In this document: positions 19,306 to 28,715 of the stretch, piece after piece
How the letters are laid out: the number at the start of each line of letters is the position of its first letter
How positions within the stretch are numbered: position 1 is the first letter of the stretch
Source: Elusimicrobiota bacterium
Lineage (GTDB): Bacteria; Elusimicrobiota; Endomicrobiia; Endomicrobiales; JBDRNC01
Direction of reading: 5' to 3'
DNA: 64,000 bases
Assembly: GCA_043811535.1 (NCBI GenBank)
Contig: JBDRNC010000017.1
Span: 189,121-253,120, forward strand
Translations under genes and position numbers: made by a program
The notes under the pieces: model-generated
What the model saw: the letters and a program-made list of their open reading frames with translations, nothing else
What the model was told of the DNA's origin: nothing
Databases searched by the model: none

Positions 19306-20775
19306 TTAGAGTAAATCTTTAGGAAAGATGTTTCCGATCCCCAAAACGCATGCGGGATCCAGTGTTTTCTTCAGCTCTGCCATCTCAATGAGAGCTTTCC
19401 TGCCCAGCATTCTTTCAAGGTACGCGTGCTTGAGCTTGCCTATCCCGTGTTCCGCGGATATGGTCCCGCCAAGAGAAACCGCCTTGTCAACCAGCAGAAG
19501 ATATATTTCCCGGCACTTCGCGTACTGTTTTTCATCGCACGGGAGTAAATTGGCGTGCAGGTGGCTTTCCCCTATGTGGCCGAATACAAGGTGCCTTATA
19601 TCATGTTGTTCAAGGAGTTCGTAAATATGGCGTATCATCTGTTTTAAATTGGCGTCCGGAACGGCAAAATCAGTGCCGGTTTTCGGGAATTTGTTCGCCT
19701 TGACTATCTCATTGACCTTTTCCGGAAGCCGGTGCCTGAATTCCCTGAAGGATTCATTATCCTTGGGCGCGCTTGAAAACCAGACGTCTTCAAGCGGGGA
19801 GCCGTGCTTCTCCAGCAATGAGCTCCATTCCGTTATCACTGCGTCCTCGCCGCCGCCGTGTATCTCCTGTTCGAAAAATATCGCGGCTTTCGCTGAAGAC
19901 GGTATGTGCGGGTAATCGGATTTCAGCAGGCGCAGAGCTTCTTCGTCAAAATATTCCAGCGAAAGCGGGCTAAGCGAACCTGATTTTCCGGCTCTTTTCG
20001 CGTTCGCCGCGAAATCCCAGGCGTTTTCCGGTTTCCCGAAAAACGCGACTCCGCCAAGCATCTTTTCGGCCTGCGGAATCAGGGATACTTCGATTTCCGT
20101 GATGACTCCGAGCGTTCCCTCGTGGCCGATGAAAAGGTCTATCAGGTCGGCGCCCGGATAATTGAAATATCCAGCGGCGTTTTTTATCACAGGCAGCCTG
20201 TAGGAAGGAAGCATTACGGTGTCGGGTTTGGCCGCCGGCAGGATTATCTTCCCGCTTTTATCAGCGAATATCTCTCCGCGTTTTATGTCCAGAATTTCCC
20301 CGCCGGAAAGGACTACCTTCAGCCGTTTAACGTATTTTCTGGTAGAACCGTACTTAAGCCCCCTGCTGCCCGACGCGTTCGTTGATACGTTTCCGCCTAT
20401 CCATGAATTCTGTTCCGTGGGATCCGGCGGATACATCCATCCTTCTTTTTGGACGGTGTTTTTCAAATCCTTGATACTCAATCCGGGCTGGACGACGGCC
20501 GCGGCTTCGTTCGGGCCCGTTTTCTTAAGTTCAATGAAACGGTTGAGGTTTTCAAGCGACAGGACTGCGCCGCCGAAAGGTATGCGCCCGCCTGTCACGC
20601 CCGTGCCGGCTCCTGAAACTGTAACCGGCGTTTTTTTTGAAGATGCTTCTTTAAGAAAATCCGCAACGTCGCGCTCATCCCCGGGGATGGCCACCTGTTC
20701 GGCATGGCCGCCCAGAAGGCCGGATTCGTCTTCAAAATAGGACTGGATGATGTCGGGATCGGTTTTTATGATCAT
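19306..20775 (-). CDS. FAD-binding oxidoreductase (GlcD/D-lactate dehydrogenase family)
   Basis: GAGTGVTGG, GGNVSTNASG, GHEGTLGVIT, SAEHGIG. Confidence 0.9.
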   Translation of the reverse strand: MIIKTDPDIIQSYFEDESGLLGGHAEQVAIPGDERDVADFLKEASSKKTPVTVSGAGTGVTGGRIPFGGAVLSLENLNRFIELKKTGPNEAAAVVQPGLSIKDLKNTVQKEGWMYPPDPTEQNSWIGGNVSTNASGSRGLKYGSTRKYVKRLKVVLSGGEILDIKRGEIFADKSGKIILPAAKPDTVMLPSYRLPVIKNAAGYFNYPGADLIDLFIGHEGTLGVITEIEVSLIPQAEKMLGGVAFFGKPENAWDFAANAKRAGKSGSLSPLSLEYFDEEALRLLKSDYPHIPSSAKAAIFFEQEIHGGGEDAVITEWSSLLEKHGSPLEDVWFSSAPKDNESFREFRHRLPEKVNEIVKANKFPKTGTDFAVPDANLKQMIRHIYELLEQHDIRHLVFGHIGESHLHANLLPCDEKQYAKCREIYLLLVDKAVSLGGTISAEHGIGKLKHAYLERMLGRKALIEMAELKKTLDPACVLGIGNIFPKDLL

Positions 20776-20961
20776 AATATATAGCAAGCTCGAAATCCGA
20801 AACACTCCCGCTACAGCGGGACTTCATAAAGAAAATATCGGAGGTCGGAAATCCGAAACAAAATGCAAACGACAAAGTTTAATTTAATTAAAGGCTTTTA
20901 TATTTATATGTGAGTAATTTCCTTCGAGCTTCGAATTTCGATATTCGAGTTTGTCTTAAGG

Positions 20962-23391
20962 TTATCGAAGTGTTGCGCCGAGCTCGTTTTTAAGCGCGGC
21001 GACTATTTCATCCACCGATTTGTTTACTTCCGTGTCGGTGAGCGTGCGTTCGGAGTGGCGGAATGCCAAATGGAGGGTGTAACTTGTATTATCCTTGCCT
21101 ATCTTTGCAGCGTCCCTGTAAACGTCGGTCAGTTCGAATTCGGAGAGAATAACGTTCTTCCTGGCAAAATCCGCGAGAAGGCCGGAAACCTTGTCAAAAG
21201 CGATATAATTTGAAGCCATGATCGAAAGGTCTCGCTTAACGGAAGGGAAACGAATCAGTGTCTTATACTGGCCTGTTTTCCTGTTCCAGACCTTGTTAAG
21301 GATTTCCAGGTCAAGTTCAGTATAGTAAACCGTGCTTTCTGTGAGTTCAGGGACGTCGGCCGAGAACAATACTCCGAAAAATCCAGCTTCCTTGCCGTTC
21401 ACCCGTACCGAGCAGGATTTCCCCGGATGCATGAACGGAGGCAGTTTTCCTTCGGCGTGGCAAACGATATTGTTCCCCGAAAGCGCGTCCTGGACCGCTC
21501 CTTTCATGAAATAGAAGCCGGCGTCGGCGCTTTCTTTCTCTTTCTCAGCCCACCATTCGGGACGAATTTTTCCGGAGAAGAGCGCTCCGAGGTATCTTTT
21601 CTCGCCTTCCTGAAGAAAGACATTTCCGGTCTCGAAAAGTTTGACGTCATTGTTGCCGAGAAACTTGTTCAGGATGAAATTTTTCAGCATCCCGGGGAGC
21701 AGCGACGTCCTGAGCACCTCGTTCTCTTTAGAGATAGGGTTTGAAATCCTTTCAATGACCGGTAGTCCCAGGTTCAAAAGGCTTTTTTCCTCAAGAAAAC
21801 TGTAGTTGAGTGTTTCTGAAAAACCCAGGGCGATGAGCCTTTCGGAAATCACCGCTTCCGCGCTCTTTTCTTCCCTCCCCTTATCGGGGTCAAGAGTTAT
21901 AGGCGCTATAGTCGTAGGAATTTTGTCGTAACCGTTTATGCGGGCCACTTCCTCTATCAGGTCAACTTCCTGCGCGATATCAAGCCTCCATGACGGCGGC
22001 TCAACCTGGAAATCAGTTTCGGCACACTTTACCCCGTTAGAAGTAAGTCCCATTTTGGGACTGCCAATGTCCGAGGATATGGGACTTCTAACGGGGTTAA
22101 TCTTCATTCCGAGTGATTCAAGAATCCTGCGTATCTCCGGATCAGGAATTTCCATCCCGAGCAATTGGGACACTTTATTGGGCCGCAGGACTATCTTTGC
22201 GGGTTTATATTCCGCCGCGATTTTGTCGGTCCTGTGAGCTGGTTTTCCGCCGGCAAGCTGGACGATGAGGTTCATCGCCCTCCAGGCGGCAAGCTCCGCG
22301 CCTTCCCATGATATCCCCCGTTCAAACCTGTATGAGGCGTCGGTGGAAAGCGCCAGCGCCTTGGACGTCCTGCGGATGCTTTTCGGGAGGAATACCGCGC
22401 TTTCAAGTATGATATTTTTCGTTTTCTGAGTGACGCCTGAGTTTTCGCCGCCCATCACGCCGGCTATCGCCTGCGCCTTTTCCGCGTCGGCGATGACAAG
22501 CATGGTTTCGGTAAGAGGGTATTCCTTTCCGTCCAGCGCGAGGATTTTTTCGCCTTTTTTCGCGGTTCGCACTACAACCTCGCCTTTCGCCATGACGCCG
22601 GTGTCAAAGGCGTGAAGCGGGTGGCCGAGTTCAATAAGCACGTAATTAGTAATGTCAACGATATTGTTTATCGGCCTGATGCCGCATCTTTCAAGTTTCT
22701 TGGCCAGCCAGTCCGGAGAGGGTTTAACTTCCACGCCGTTGATGAGATACCCGATGTAGCGGCTGCAGAGGTCCGGGTTTTCTATCGTTATTTTCAGCCC
22801 GCGGGGCAGTTCCGTCTTGTTGATTTCCGGCAGTTTCAGAGGTTTACCCAGTTTTGCGGCTATCTCGCGCGCTACGCCCCAGTGGCTCAGGCAGTCGGGC
22901 CTGTTGGTGGTTATCTCTATCTCTATGATAGAATCGCTGGCGTCGATTACCTGTTCAAGGGGTTTTCCCAGAGGCGTGTTTTCCGGCAGCACCATGATGC
23001 CCGCCGCCTCGCCACTCAGGCCCAGCTCTTTTTCGGAACAGATCATTCCTTCCGATTCGACGCCGCGTATTTTCGCTTTTTTTATCTGAAAACCGCCCTG
23101 AAGCTCCGATCCAATCACGGCGAGCGCCACAATCTGCCCTGCCGCGACGTTCGGGGCCCCGCAAACGACGGAGTAATTGTTTTTTCCGTCCGTGACCGAG
23201 CAGAGTGAAAGCTTGTCTGCGTTGGGATGCGCGTTCCTTTCAAGGACTTTCGCCGTAACGATGCCTTTCCAGCCGGCCCCGGACGAGACCACGTTCGCCT
23301 CCACCGCGTTGAACGTGAGCAAATCCGCTATCTCTTTAGGGGATTGCGTGAAATCGACGAATTCTTTGAGCCAGTTGTAAGATAATCTCAT
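20962..23391 (-). CDS. pheT: Phenylalanyl-tRNA synthetase beta subunit
   Basis: HPNADKL, NRPDCLSHWGVARE, DLIEEVARINGY; contains a 23-aa palindromic insertion. Confidence 0.98.
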   Translation of the reverse strand: MRLSYNWLKEFVDFTQSPKEIADLLTFNAVEANVVSSGAGWKGIVTAKVLERNAHPNADKLSLCSVTDGKNNYSVVCGAPNVAAGQIVALAVIGSELQGGFQIKKAKIRGVESEGMICSEKELGLSGEAAGIMVLPENTPLGKPLEQVIDASDSIIEIEITTNRPDCLSHWGVAREIAAKLGKPLKLPEINKTELPRGLKITIENPDLCSRYIGYLINGVEVKPSPDWLAKKLERCGIRPINNIVDITNYVLIELGHPLHAFDTGVMAKGEVVVRTAKKGEKILALDGKEYPLTETMLVIADAEKAQAIAGVMGGENSGVTQKTKNIILESAVFLPKSIRRTSKALALSTDASYRFERGISWEGAELAAWRAMNLIVQLAGGKPAHRTDKIAAEYKPAKIVLRPNKVSQLLGMEIPDPEIRRILESLGMKINPVRSPISSDIGSPKMGLTSNGVKCAETDFQVEPPSWRLDIAQEVDLIEEVARINGYDKIPTTIAPITLDPDKGREEKSAEAVISERLIALGFSETLNYSFLEEKSLLNLGLPVIERISNPISKENEVLRTSLLPGMLKNFILNKFLGNNDVKLFETGNVFLQEGEKRYLGALFSGKIRPEWWAEKEKESADAGFYFMKGAVQDALSGNNIVCHAEGKLPPFMHPGKSCSVRVNGKEAGFFGVLFSADVPELTESTVYYTELDLEILNKVWNRKTGQYKTLIRFPSVKRDLSIMASNYIAFDKVSGLLADFARKNVILSEFELTDVYRDAAKIGKDNTSYTLHLAFRHSERTLTDTEVNKSVDEIVAALKNELGATLR
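22030..22098. repeat. In-frame palindromic element inside pheT
   Basis: ACCCCGTTAGAAGT (22031-22044) / ACTTCTAACGGGGT (22084-22097) perfect inverted repeat; 69 bp. Confidence 0.8.
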
Positions 23392-23490
23392 AAAAGTTGT
23401 GTAATGTTAAATGTGTGATGTGTAATGAATTTGGAAGTCGTAACGGACGTTTTCATTACACATTACACTTAAAACATCAAGCTATGTTAT

Positions 23491-24513
23491 TCAGAACTGT
23501 TTCAAAAACTGCATGTTGCCTTCGTAAAACAGTCTTATATCTTCAATGCCGTATTTAAAGAGCGTCAGTCTTTCAACCCCGAGCCCGAAAGCGTACCCGG
23601 TGTATTTTTCCGTGTCGTATTTCACGGCTTTGAAAACATTGGGATGTACCATGCCGCAGCCGAGCATCTCAAGCCATCCTGTATGTTTGCAGACGCGGCA
23701 TCCCTTGCCTCCGCATATCGTGCACTGGACGTCCATGTCGGCCGACGGTTCCGTGAAGGGATAATAAGACGGCCTGAACCTGACTTTGATTCCTGAACCG
23801 AAATAGCGGTGTATAAAAAGCATGAGCGTGCCTTTAAGGTCGGCGAAAGTAACGTTTTCGTCCACAAGCAGGCCTTCAACCTGGTGGAACATGGCCTCGT
23901 GGCAGGCGTCGGTGGCTTCGTTGCGGAAGATCCTGCCCGGTGAGAGGATCTTTAGCGGAGGTTTTTGTTTCTCCATGACGCGTATTTGCATTGGTGAGGT
24001 CTGGGTGCGCAGCAGGCGTTTCTTGTCCGCGAGATAGAAAGTGTCCTGCGAGTCCCTCGCGGGGTGGTCGGCGTGAATGTTGAGCGCTTCGAAATTATAC
24101 CAGTCGGTCTCTATCTCGGGGCCCTCAGCGACCGTGAAACCCAGAGATTCGAATATCGCGCAGATCTCTTTGATGGTCCGGGTAGTGGGATGCACGTGCC
24201 CCGCCTCAAAAGGCAGAGGCGGCAAAGATACGTCTATTTTTTCGGTTAGCAGTTTGGACGAGAACAGGCTTTTTCTGAGACTGGATGTTTTTTCCTTCAG
24301 CAGGTTTTCAAGTTCTTCGCGGAGCAGGTTGGCCTTTTCGCCGGTGGATTTGCGTTCTTCAATGGCAAGGGCCGAAAGCCCGCGCAGTATCTCGGTAAGT
24401 TTCCCTTTTCTGCCCAGGAACGCGACCTTAAGCGCTTCGGCCTCTTCTATCGTCCCGGCTTTTTCAAGCTGGCCGGCGAATTCAGCGCGGATGGATTCAA
24501 GGTTTTTCAACAT
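23491..24513 (-). CDS. pheS: Phenylalanyl-tRNA synthetase alpha subunit
   Basis: HPARDSQDTFY, LLRTQTS, FRPSYYPFTEPS, GLGVERL. Confidence 0.98.
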   Translation of the reverse strand: MLKNLESIRAEFAGQLEKAGTIEEAEALKVAFLGRKGKLTEILRGLSALAIEERKSTGEKANLLREELENLLKEKTSSLRKSLFSSKLLTEKIDVSLPPLPFEAGHVHPTTRTIKEICAIFESLGFTVAEGPEIETDWYNFEALNIHADHPARDSQDTFYLADKKRLLRTQTSPMQIRVMEKQKPPLKILSPGRIFRNEATDACHEAMFHQVEGLLVDENVTFADLKGTLMLFIHRYFGSGIKVRFRPSYYPFTEPSADMDVQCTICGGKGCRVCKHTGWLEMLGCGMVHPNVFKAVKYDTEKYTGYAFGLGVERLTLFKYGIEDIRLFYEGNMQFLKQF

Positions 24514-24796
24514 CTTTTATCCCTATTAGTTTATTCAGGTGTTCGCGCGCTTTCTTGTACTTGGTGTCTATCGCGAGAGCTTTTTCGTACATATCGCGGG
24601 CTTCTTCGGACATGTTCCTGTTCTCGTAGATGAGCCCGAGATTGTAATAGGTTTCCGGATTGCCCGGGTTCAATTCGAGGGCTTTCTTGAATTCCCCTAT
24701 CGCTTCCTCGTACTTGCTGTTAAGGAAATAAAATTTGGCGAGCTCCAGAATTTCCGATTCCGCTCCGCTGGAACTTGTTTTTCTATGTTTAGCCAT
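24497..24796 (-). CDS. TPR protein
   Basis: YEEAIGEFKKALELNP..YYNLGLIY..YEKAL. Confidence 0.85.
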   Translation of the reverse strand: MAKHRKTSSSGAESEILELAKFYFLNSKYEEAIGEFKKALELNPGNPETYYNLGLIYENRNMSEEARDMYEKALAIDTKYKKAREHLNKLIGIKDVEKP

Positions 24797-24809
24797 TTAT
24801 TAAACTCTC

Positions 24810-25505
24810 CTATTCAACGCTTTTTAACTGTTTCAGGTCGGAATCTTTCCCGACAAGCACCAGTACGTCATTTTCCTTTATTTCGTCCTCTGCGGCCGGG
24901 TTGATGTTTATCTCGGTCTTTATATCGGTTTCCCCGTCATCCGTTATTATGGGCGTCGGGCGCTTGAGGGCGATGACGTTGACCTTGTATAACGCGCGGA
25001 GTTCCGATTCCTTGATAGTATTATTCCAGAACTTTTTCGGGGCAAGCAGTTCTATTATATTATATTCGGGCGAAAGCTCGATCTCCTCGAGTATGTTCGG
25101 GGATATCAGGCCTTCGGCGAGCTTCCTGGCCATTTCCCTTTCCGGATATATGACCTTGTCAACGCCGAGCTTCGCCAGTATCTGGGCGTGAAGCAAATTG
25201 ATGCTCTTGGCGATGATGGTTTTGACCCCGAGCTCCCTCAGGAGGACCGCTATGAGTATGCTGCTTTCCATGCTTTCGCCGATGGCTATTATCGCCACGT
25301 CCATGTCTTTTATTCCCAGCGCGCGCAGTGTTTTTTCATCAGTCGCGTCAGCGACCACGGCCTGCGTTACGAGCGCGGAGATATCCTTGACCTTTTCCTC
25401 GTTATTATCGATCGCGAGAACCTGCGCGCCTTTGGCAGAAAGCTCGGTGGCGACGTGCGAACCGAACGTACCCATCCCAATGACGGCGAATTGTCTCTTT
25501 TTCAT
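24810..25505 (-). CDS. ktrA: KtrA/TrkA K+ uptake RCK subunit
   Basis: FAVIGMGTFG Rossmann motif, VIYPEREMA; GAGGTG RBS before ATG 25505. Confidence 0.9.
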   Translation of the reverse strand: MKKRQFAVIGMGTFGSHVATELSAKGAQVLAIDNNEEKVKDISALVTQAVVADATDEKTLRALGIKDMDVAIIAIGESMESSILIAVLLRELGVKTIIAKSINLLHAQILAKLGVDKVIYPEREMARKLAEGLISPNILEEIELSPEYNIIELLAPKKFWNNTIKESELRALYKVNVIALKRPTPIITDDGETDIKTEININPAAEDEIKENDVLVLVGKDSDLKQLKSVE

Positions 25506-25523
25506 TTTTTTCACCTCTATTAA

Positions 25524-25618
25524 TAGTCCACCTTCGCCCTGCACGGCGGGGCTACGGCGGATTTCAGCTTGCTGTGAACGTCTTATTCAAATGCGGGCTT
25601 GTGCCCGCAGAGCTTCAA
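25524..25618. repeat. 95-bp dispersed repeat, copy 2
   Basis: As copy 1; overlaps the ktrB stop codon. Confidence 0.85.
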
Positions 25619-26931
25619 CCGATCAGTACCCGTTCTTCAGGGAACTTGTACGGGATATCTTCGTCTCTCTGAAGGAACGCTATGCCTATCGTGAGGGCGC
25701 CCAGTCTGCCTATCAGCATAGTTGAGAGTATAAGCGCCTTGCCCGCGGTTGAAAGCTTGGGAGTAATACCGGTGCTGAAACCGACCGTTCCGAGCGCCGA
25801 AGTTACCTCAAATACAACATCCAAGAACCTGAAATTCTCTATATAAAAAATCACGCCGGAAAAAACAAAAAGCGCAGTAAGCGCGAGAAACGAAATGGCC
25901 ATGCATTTTTTGACTATTTCGCTGGATATCCTTGAACCCATCAGGTTCGTATCCTGCCGCCCGCGGACAACCGACCACGTTGCGGCGACAAGTATGGAGA
26001 AAGTCGTCGTCTTTATTCCGCCGCCCGTGCTCCCGGGGGATGCCCCGACGTACATGAGATAGATTATCAATAGGAGCGTTAGTTCCCTCATTGCCCCTAT
26101 TGGCAGCGAATTGAATCCTGCGGTTCGCGGCGCCACGGCCTGGAAAAACGAGGACAGTATTTTTTCTCCGAAAGTCAGCCGTCCGAGCGTCTGGTAGTTC
26201 GAGTACTCCGCGATGAAAATAAGCAGAGCCGCGGCTAAGATGAGGATTGCGCTTGAAGAAAGGGCTATCCTGGAATGCGTGGAAAGCTTCCTGCCCCGGC
26301 CAATGCGCGAAAGTTCGTTAATGACGATATACCCTATACCGCCGGAGAATATCAGGACCATCACGGTTGTCAGCACCAAGTAATTATCCTTAAATCCCTC
26401 AAGGCTGTTGGACCAGAGTCCCAGCCCGCAGTTATTGAATGCCGAAATCGAGTGGAACATCCCGTAATAAAGCGCCTGCGGGAGACTCATCTTCGACAGG
26501 AAACAAAACGTCAAAATAACCGTCCCCACGGTCTCAAATATCAATGTGATGAGAAAGATCCTGAAAAGCAGGTACTTTATTCCTTCAAAGGACTCTATGT
26601 CTATGACTTCCTTGATTATCAGCTTGTCCTTCAGCGACACCTTCCCGAGAAAAGCGGCTATAATGGTTGCCAGCGTCATGTAGCCGAGTCCGCCGATGGA
26701 CATCAGGATGAGCAGGACAATCTGGCCGAAAAGACTGTAGCTTGCGTTGATGTCCAGGACGCTTAAGCCAGTCACGCATACGGCGGACGTTGCCATGAAT
26801 AACGAGTCTATGAACGCATACTCCTGCCCGCTTTTATGCGCGAACGGCGTGTAAAGGAGCAGCGCTCCTGACAGTGTTATCGCAAAAAAGAAAAATAACA
26901 GGAACTGTGACGGCTTTAAACTTTTAAACAT
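25615..26931 (-). CDS. ktrB: KtrB/TrkH K+ uptake membrane subunit
   Basis: SAVCVTGL, SAFNNCG, RTAGF, GSTGGGIK, SALGTVG. Confidence 0.92.
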   Translation of the reverse strand: MFKSLKPSQFLLFFFFAITLSGALLLYTPFAHKSGQEYAFIDSLFMATSAVCVTGLSVLDINASYSLFGQIVLLILMSIGGLGYMTLATIIAAFLGKVSLKDKLIIKEVIDIESFEGIKYLLFRIFLITLIFETVGTVILTFCFLSKMSLPQALYYGMFHSISAFNNCGLGLWSNSLEGFKDNYLVLTTVMVLIFSGGIGYIVINELSRIGRGRKLSTHSRIALSSSAILILAAALLIFIAEYSNYQTLGRLTFGEKILSSFFQAVAPRTAGFNSLPIGAMRELTLLLIIYLMYVGASPGSTGGGIKTTTFSILVAATWSVVRGRQDTNLMGSRISSEIVKKCMAISFLALTALFVFSGVIFYIENFRFLDVVFEVTSALGTVGFSTGITPKLSTAGKALILSTMLIGRLGALTIGIAFLQRDEDIPYKFPEERVLIG

Positions 26932-26961
26932 CTTTTTATATTAGAATCTGTGTAATCGTTT

Positions 26962-27309
26962 TTACGCGTTTTTTGCTATATCCGTCAGTTGCTTGAACGC
27001 CGCGGTGTCTTTCACGGCGATTTCTGCGAGCATCTTGCGGTCTATGACCACGTTTGCCTTGCGCAGGCCCGCTATGAAACGGCTGTAGCTCAAGCCCATC
27101 TCGCGAGCGGCGGCGTTAAGCCTCATTATCCAGAGACTTCTGAAGGTGCCCTTTTTGTCCTTGCGGTCTCTGTACGCATAGCGCAGCGACTTCTCAAGCT
27201 GTTGGATGACCATTCTCCACCGGTTCTTCTTGGTGGCGTAGAAACCTTTCGCCATGCGGAAATATTTTTTCTTTTTTTGCCTCGTGTAAACTGCGTTTTT
27301 TACTCGCAT
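26962..27309 (-). CDS. rplT: 50S ribosomal protein L20
   Basis: YAYRDRK..FRSLWI.RLNAAAR..DRKMLAE. Confidence 0.97.
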   Translation of the reverse strand: MRVKNAVYTRQKKKKYFRMAKGFYATKKNRWRMVIQQLEKSLRYAYRDRKDKKGTFRSLWIMRLNAAAREMGLSYSRFIAGLRKANVVIDRKMLAEIAVKDTAAFKQLTDIAKNA

Positions 27310-27380
27310 TTTGAGCTCCTATTCCAGTATTTTTCCATACATCCTCTCCCCTTGAGGGAGAGGATTGAGGTGAGGGGTTT

Positions 27381-27578
27381 TCAGCTGTAGGGCATTATCC
27401 TTTTCAACAGCTTGCCGTCTTTGTCATTAAGGTATGTGGAATGTCTCAGGTTCCTGCCTCTGTTTGACGACATTCCGGTAAGAAGATGCCTCAGGCCGGC
27501 TTTTTTGTGCTTGACTTTTCCTCTTTTTGAAACGAAAAACCTTTTCTTCGCTCCGCTGTGGGACTTGATTTTAGGCAT
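27381..27578 (-). CDS. rpmI: 50S ribosomal protein L35
   Basis: MPKIKSHSGAKKRF. Confidence 0.97.
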   Translation of the reverse strand: MPKIKSHSGAKKRFFVSKRGKVKHKKAGLRHLLTGMSSNRGRNLRHSTYLNDKDGKLLKRIMPYS

Positions 27579-27756
27579 TATATATCCTCCTCTTATTTGA
27601 GCTCAGTGGCCTTATGGCCGACGTATCTTCTATATTTTAGCGAAATCCGCCGAAGCTCCGATACATAGGGGCGAAGGCGGATAATAAAACTCGCCGTTCA
27701 AGAAACTATAAAATAAACGGCGGGTTGGTATTCTGTTTCTCTATGTTTTCAGGAAC

Positions 27757-28275
27757 CTACTTACCTGCTTTTTTGGGTATCAGCATCATTATCAGGCGGT
27801 TTCCAAACGTAGACGGCCTGCCTTCCATTTCACCGGCGTCATTGAGCGCTATCTTTATCCTCTCGGCCAGAGCCCATCCGAGGTCCTTGTGCCGGTTCTC
27901 TCTGCCCCTGAATACAACGCTTACCTGAACCTTGTTATTCTCAGAAAGGAATTCCTTGGCATGATTAAGTTTTATTTCAAGGTCGTGCGCGCCTATCCTG
28001 GGCGACACTCTTATTTCCTTAAGATGCCCGCCCTTCTGTTTCTTGCGCGCGTCCCTTGACCTTTTTTCCTGTTCATACCGGAACTTGGAATAGTCTATTA
28101 TCTTGCATACCGGCGGGGTTGCCGTCGGAGAGATTTCGACAAGGTCAAAACCTTTCGACTGCGCGAGTTGCACGGCCTCGCTTGTGGGCTTTATGCCTAA
28201 CTGTGTCCCGTCAACGTCAATGAGCCTTACCTGCGGAATACGGATCTGAAAATTGGATCGAAGTTTCTTATCGAC
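27757..28275 (-). CDS. infC: Translation initiation factor IF-3 (start probably non-canonical GTC at 28275; alternative ATG at 28308)
   Basis: QIRIPQVRLID, DLVEISP..PPVCKIIDY, FRGRE. Confidence 0.95.
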   Translation of the reverse strand, partial: VDKKLRSNFQIRIPQVRLIDVDGTQLGIKPTSEAVQLAQSKGFDLVEISPTATPPVCKIIDYSKFRYEQEKRSRDARKKQKGGHLKEIRVSPRIGAHDLEIKLNHAKEFLSENNKVQVSVVFRGRENRHKDLGWALAERIKIALNDAGEMEGRPSTFGNRLIMMLIPKKAGK

Positions 28276-28316
28276 GGCTTCCTCCCTTACCCCGATGAAT
28301 CGGGGCATTGTTTAGA

Positions 28317-28411
28317 TAATCCACCTTCGCCCCACACGACGGAGCTACGGCGGATTTCAGCTTGCTGAGAACGACTTATTCAAATGCCCGATAAATCGGG
28401 CAGAGCTTCAA
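28317..28411. repeat. 95-bp dispersed repeat, copy 3
   Basis: As copy 1. Confidence 0.85.
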
Positions 28412-28530
28412 ATAAAACGGACGGCATAGAGCCGTCCCAATAATGATTGAAAAAACAATCGTTTTTACTAAAACCTTTTTCCTCGCTTATAGCGGGGTGA
28501 AGGTGAGCCGGGACGGCTTCTTTTAAATGC
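28412..28530 (-). ncRNA. Ribosomal protein L20 leader
   Basis: AGAAGCCGTCCC.GCTCACC...GGGACGGCT pairing plus terminator-like GGACGGC..GCCGTCC-U run, upstream of infC-rpmI-rplT. Confidence 0.7.
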
Positions 28531-28588
28531 AATTGAAATATTTAAAGATTGAAAGATTCCAAGATTAAGGCAACTTAAATACAACAGA

Positions 28589-28617
28589 ATAATATCAATT
28601 TATTGTTAAAATGTCAA
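28589..28617 (-). promoter_or_regulatory. sigma70 promoter for the infC operon
   Basis: TTGACA-17 nt-TATTAT with TGn. Confidence 0.6.
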
Positions 28618-28715
28618 TACTTTTCAATTAACAGTTAACAATTAGCAATTACCAATTAACAGCTTTACAACTAGCAATAAATACTTAAAAGACGTTAATT
28701 GATAACTGATAATTG

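Noticed and set aside
27338..27380. CCTCTCCC..GGGAGAGG and GATCCCCG..CGGGGATGAC (8051-8079) palindromes as terminators
   Set aside because: They look like single copies of generic REP-like elements rather than classic terminators; too little evidence to call
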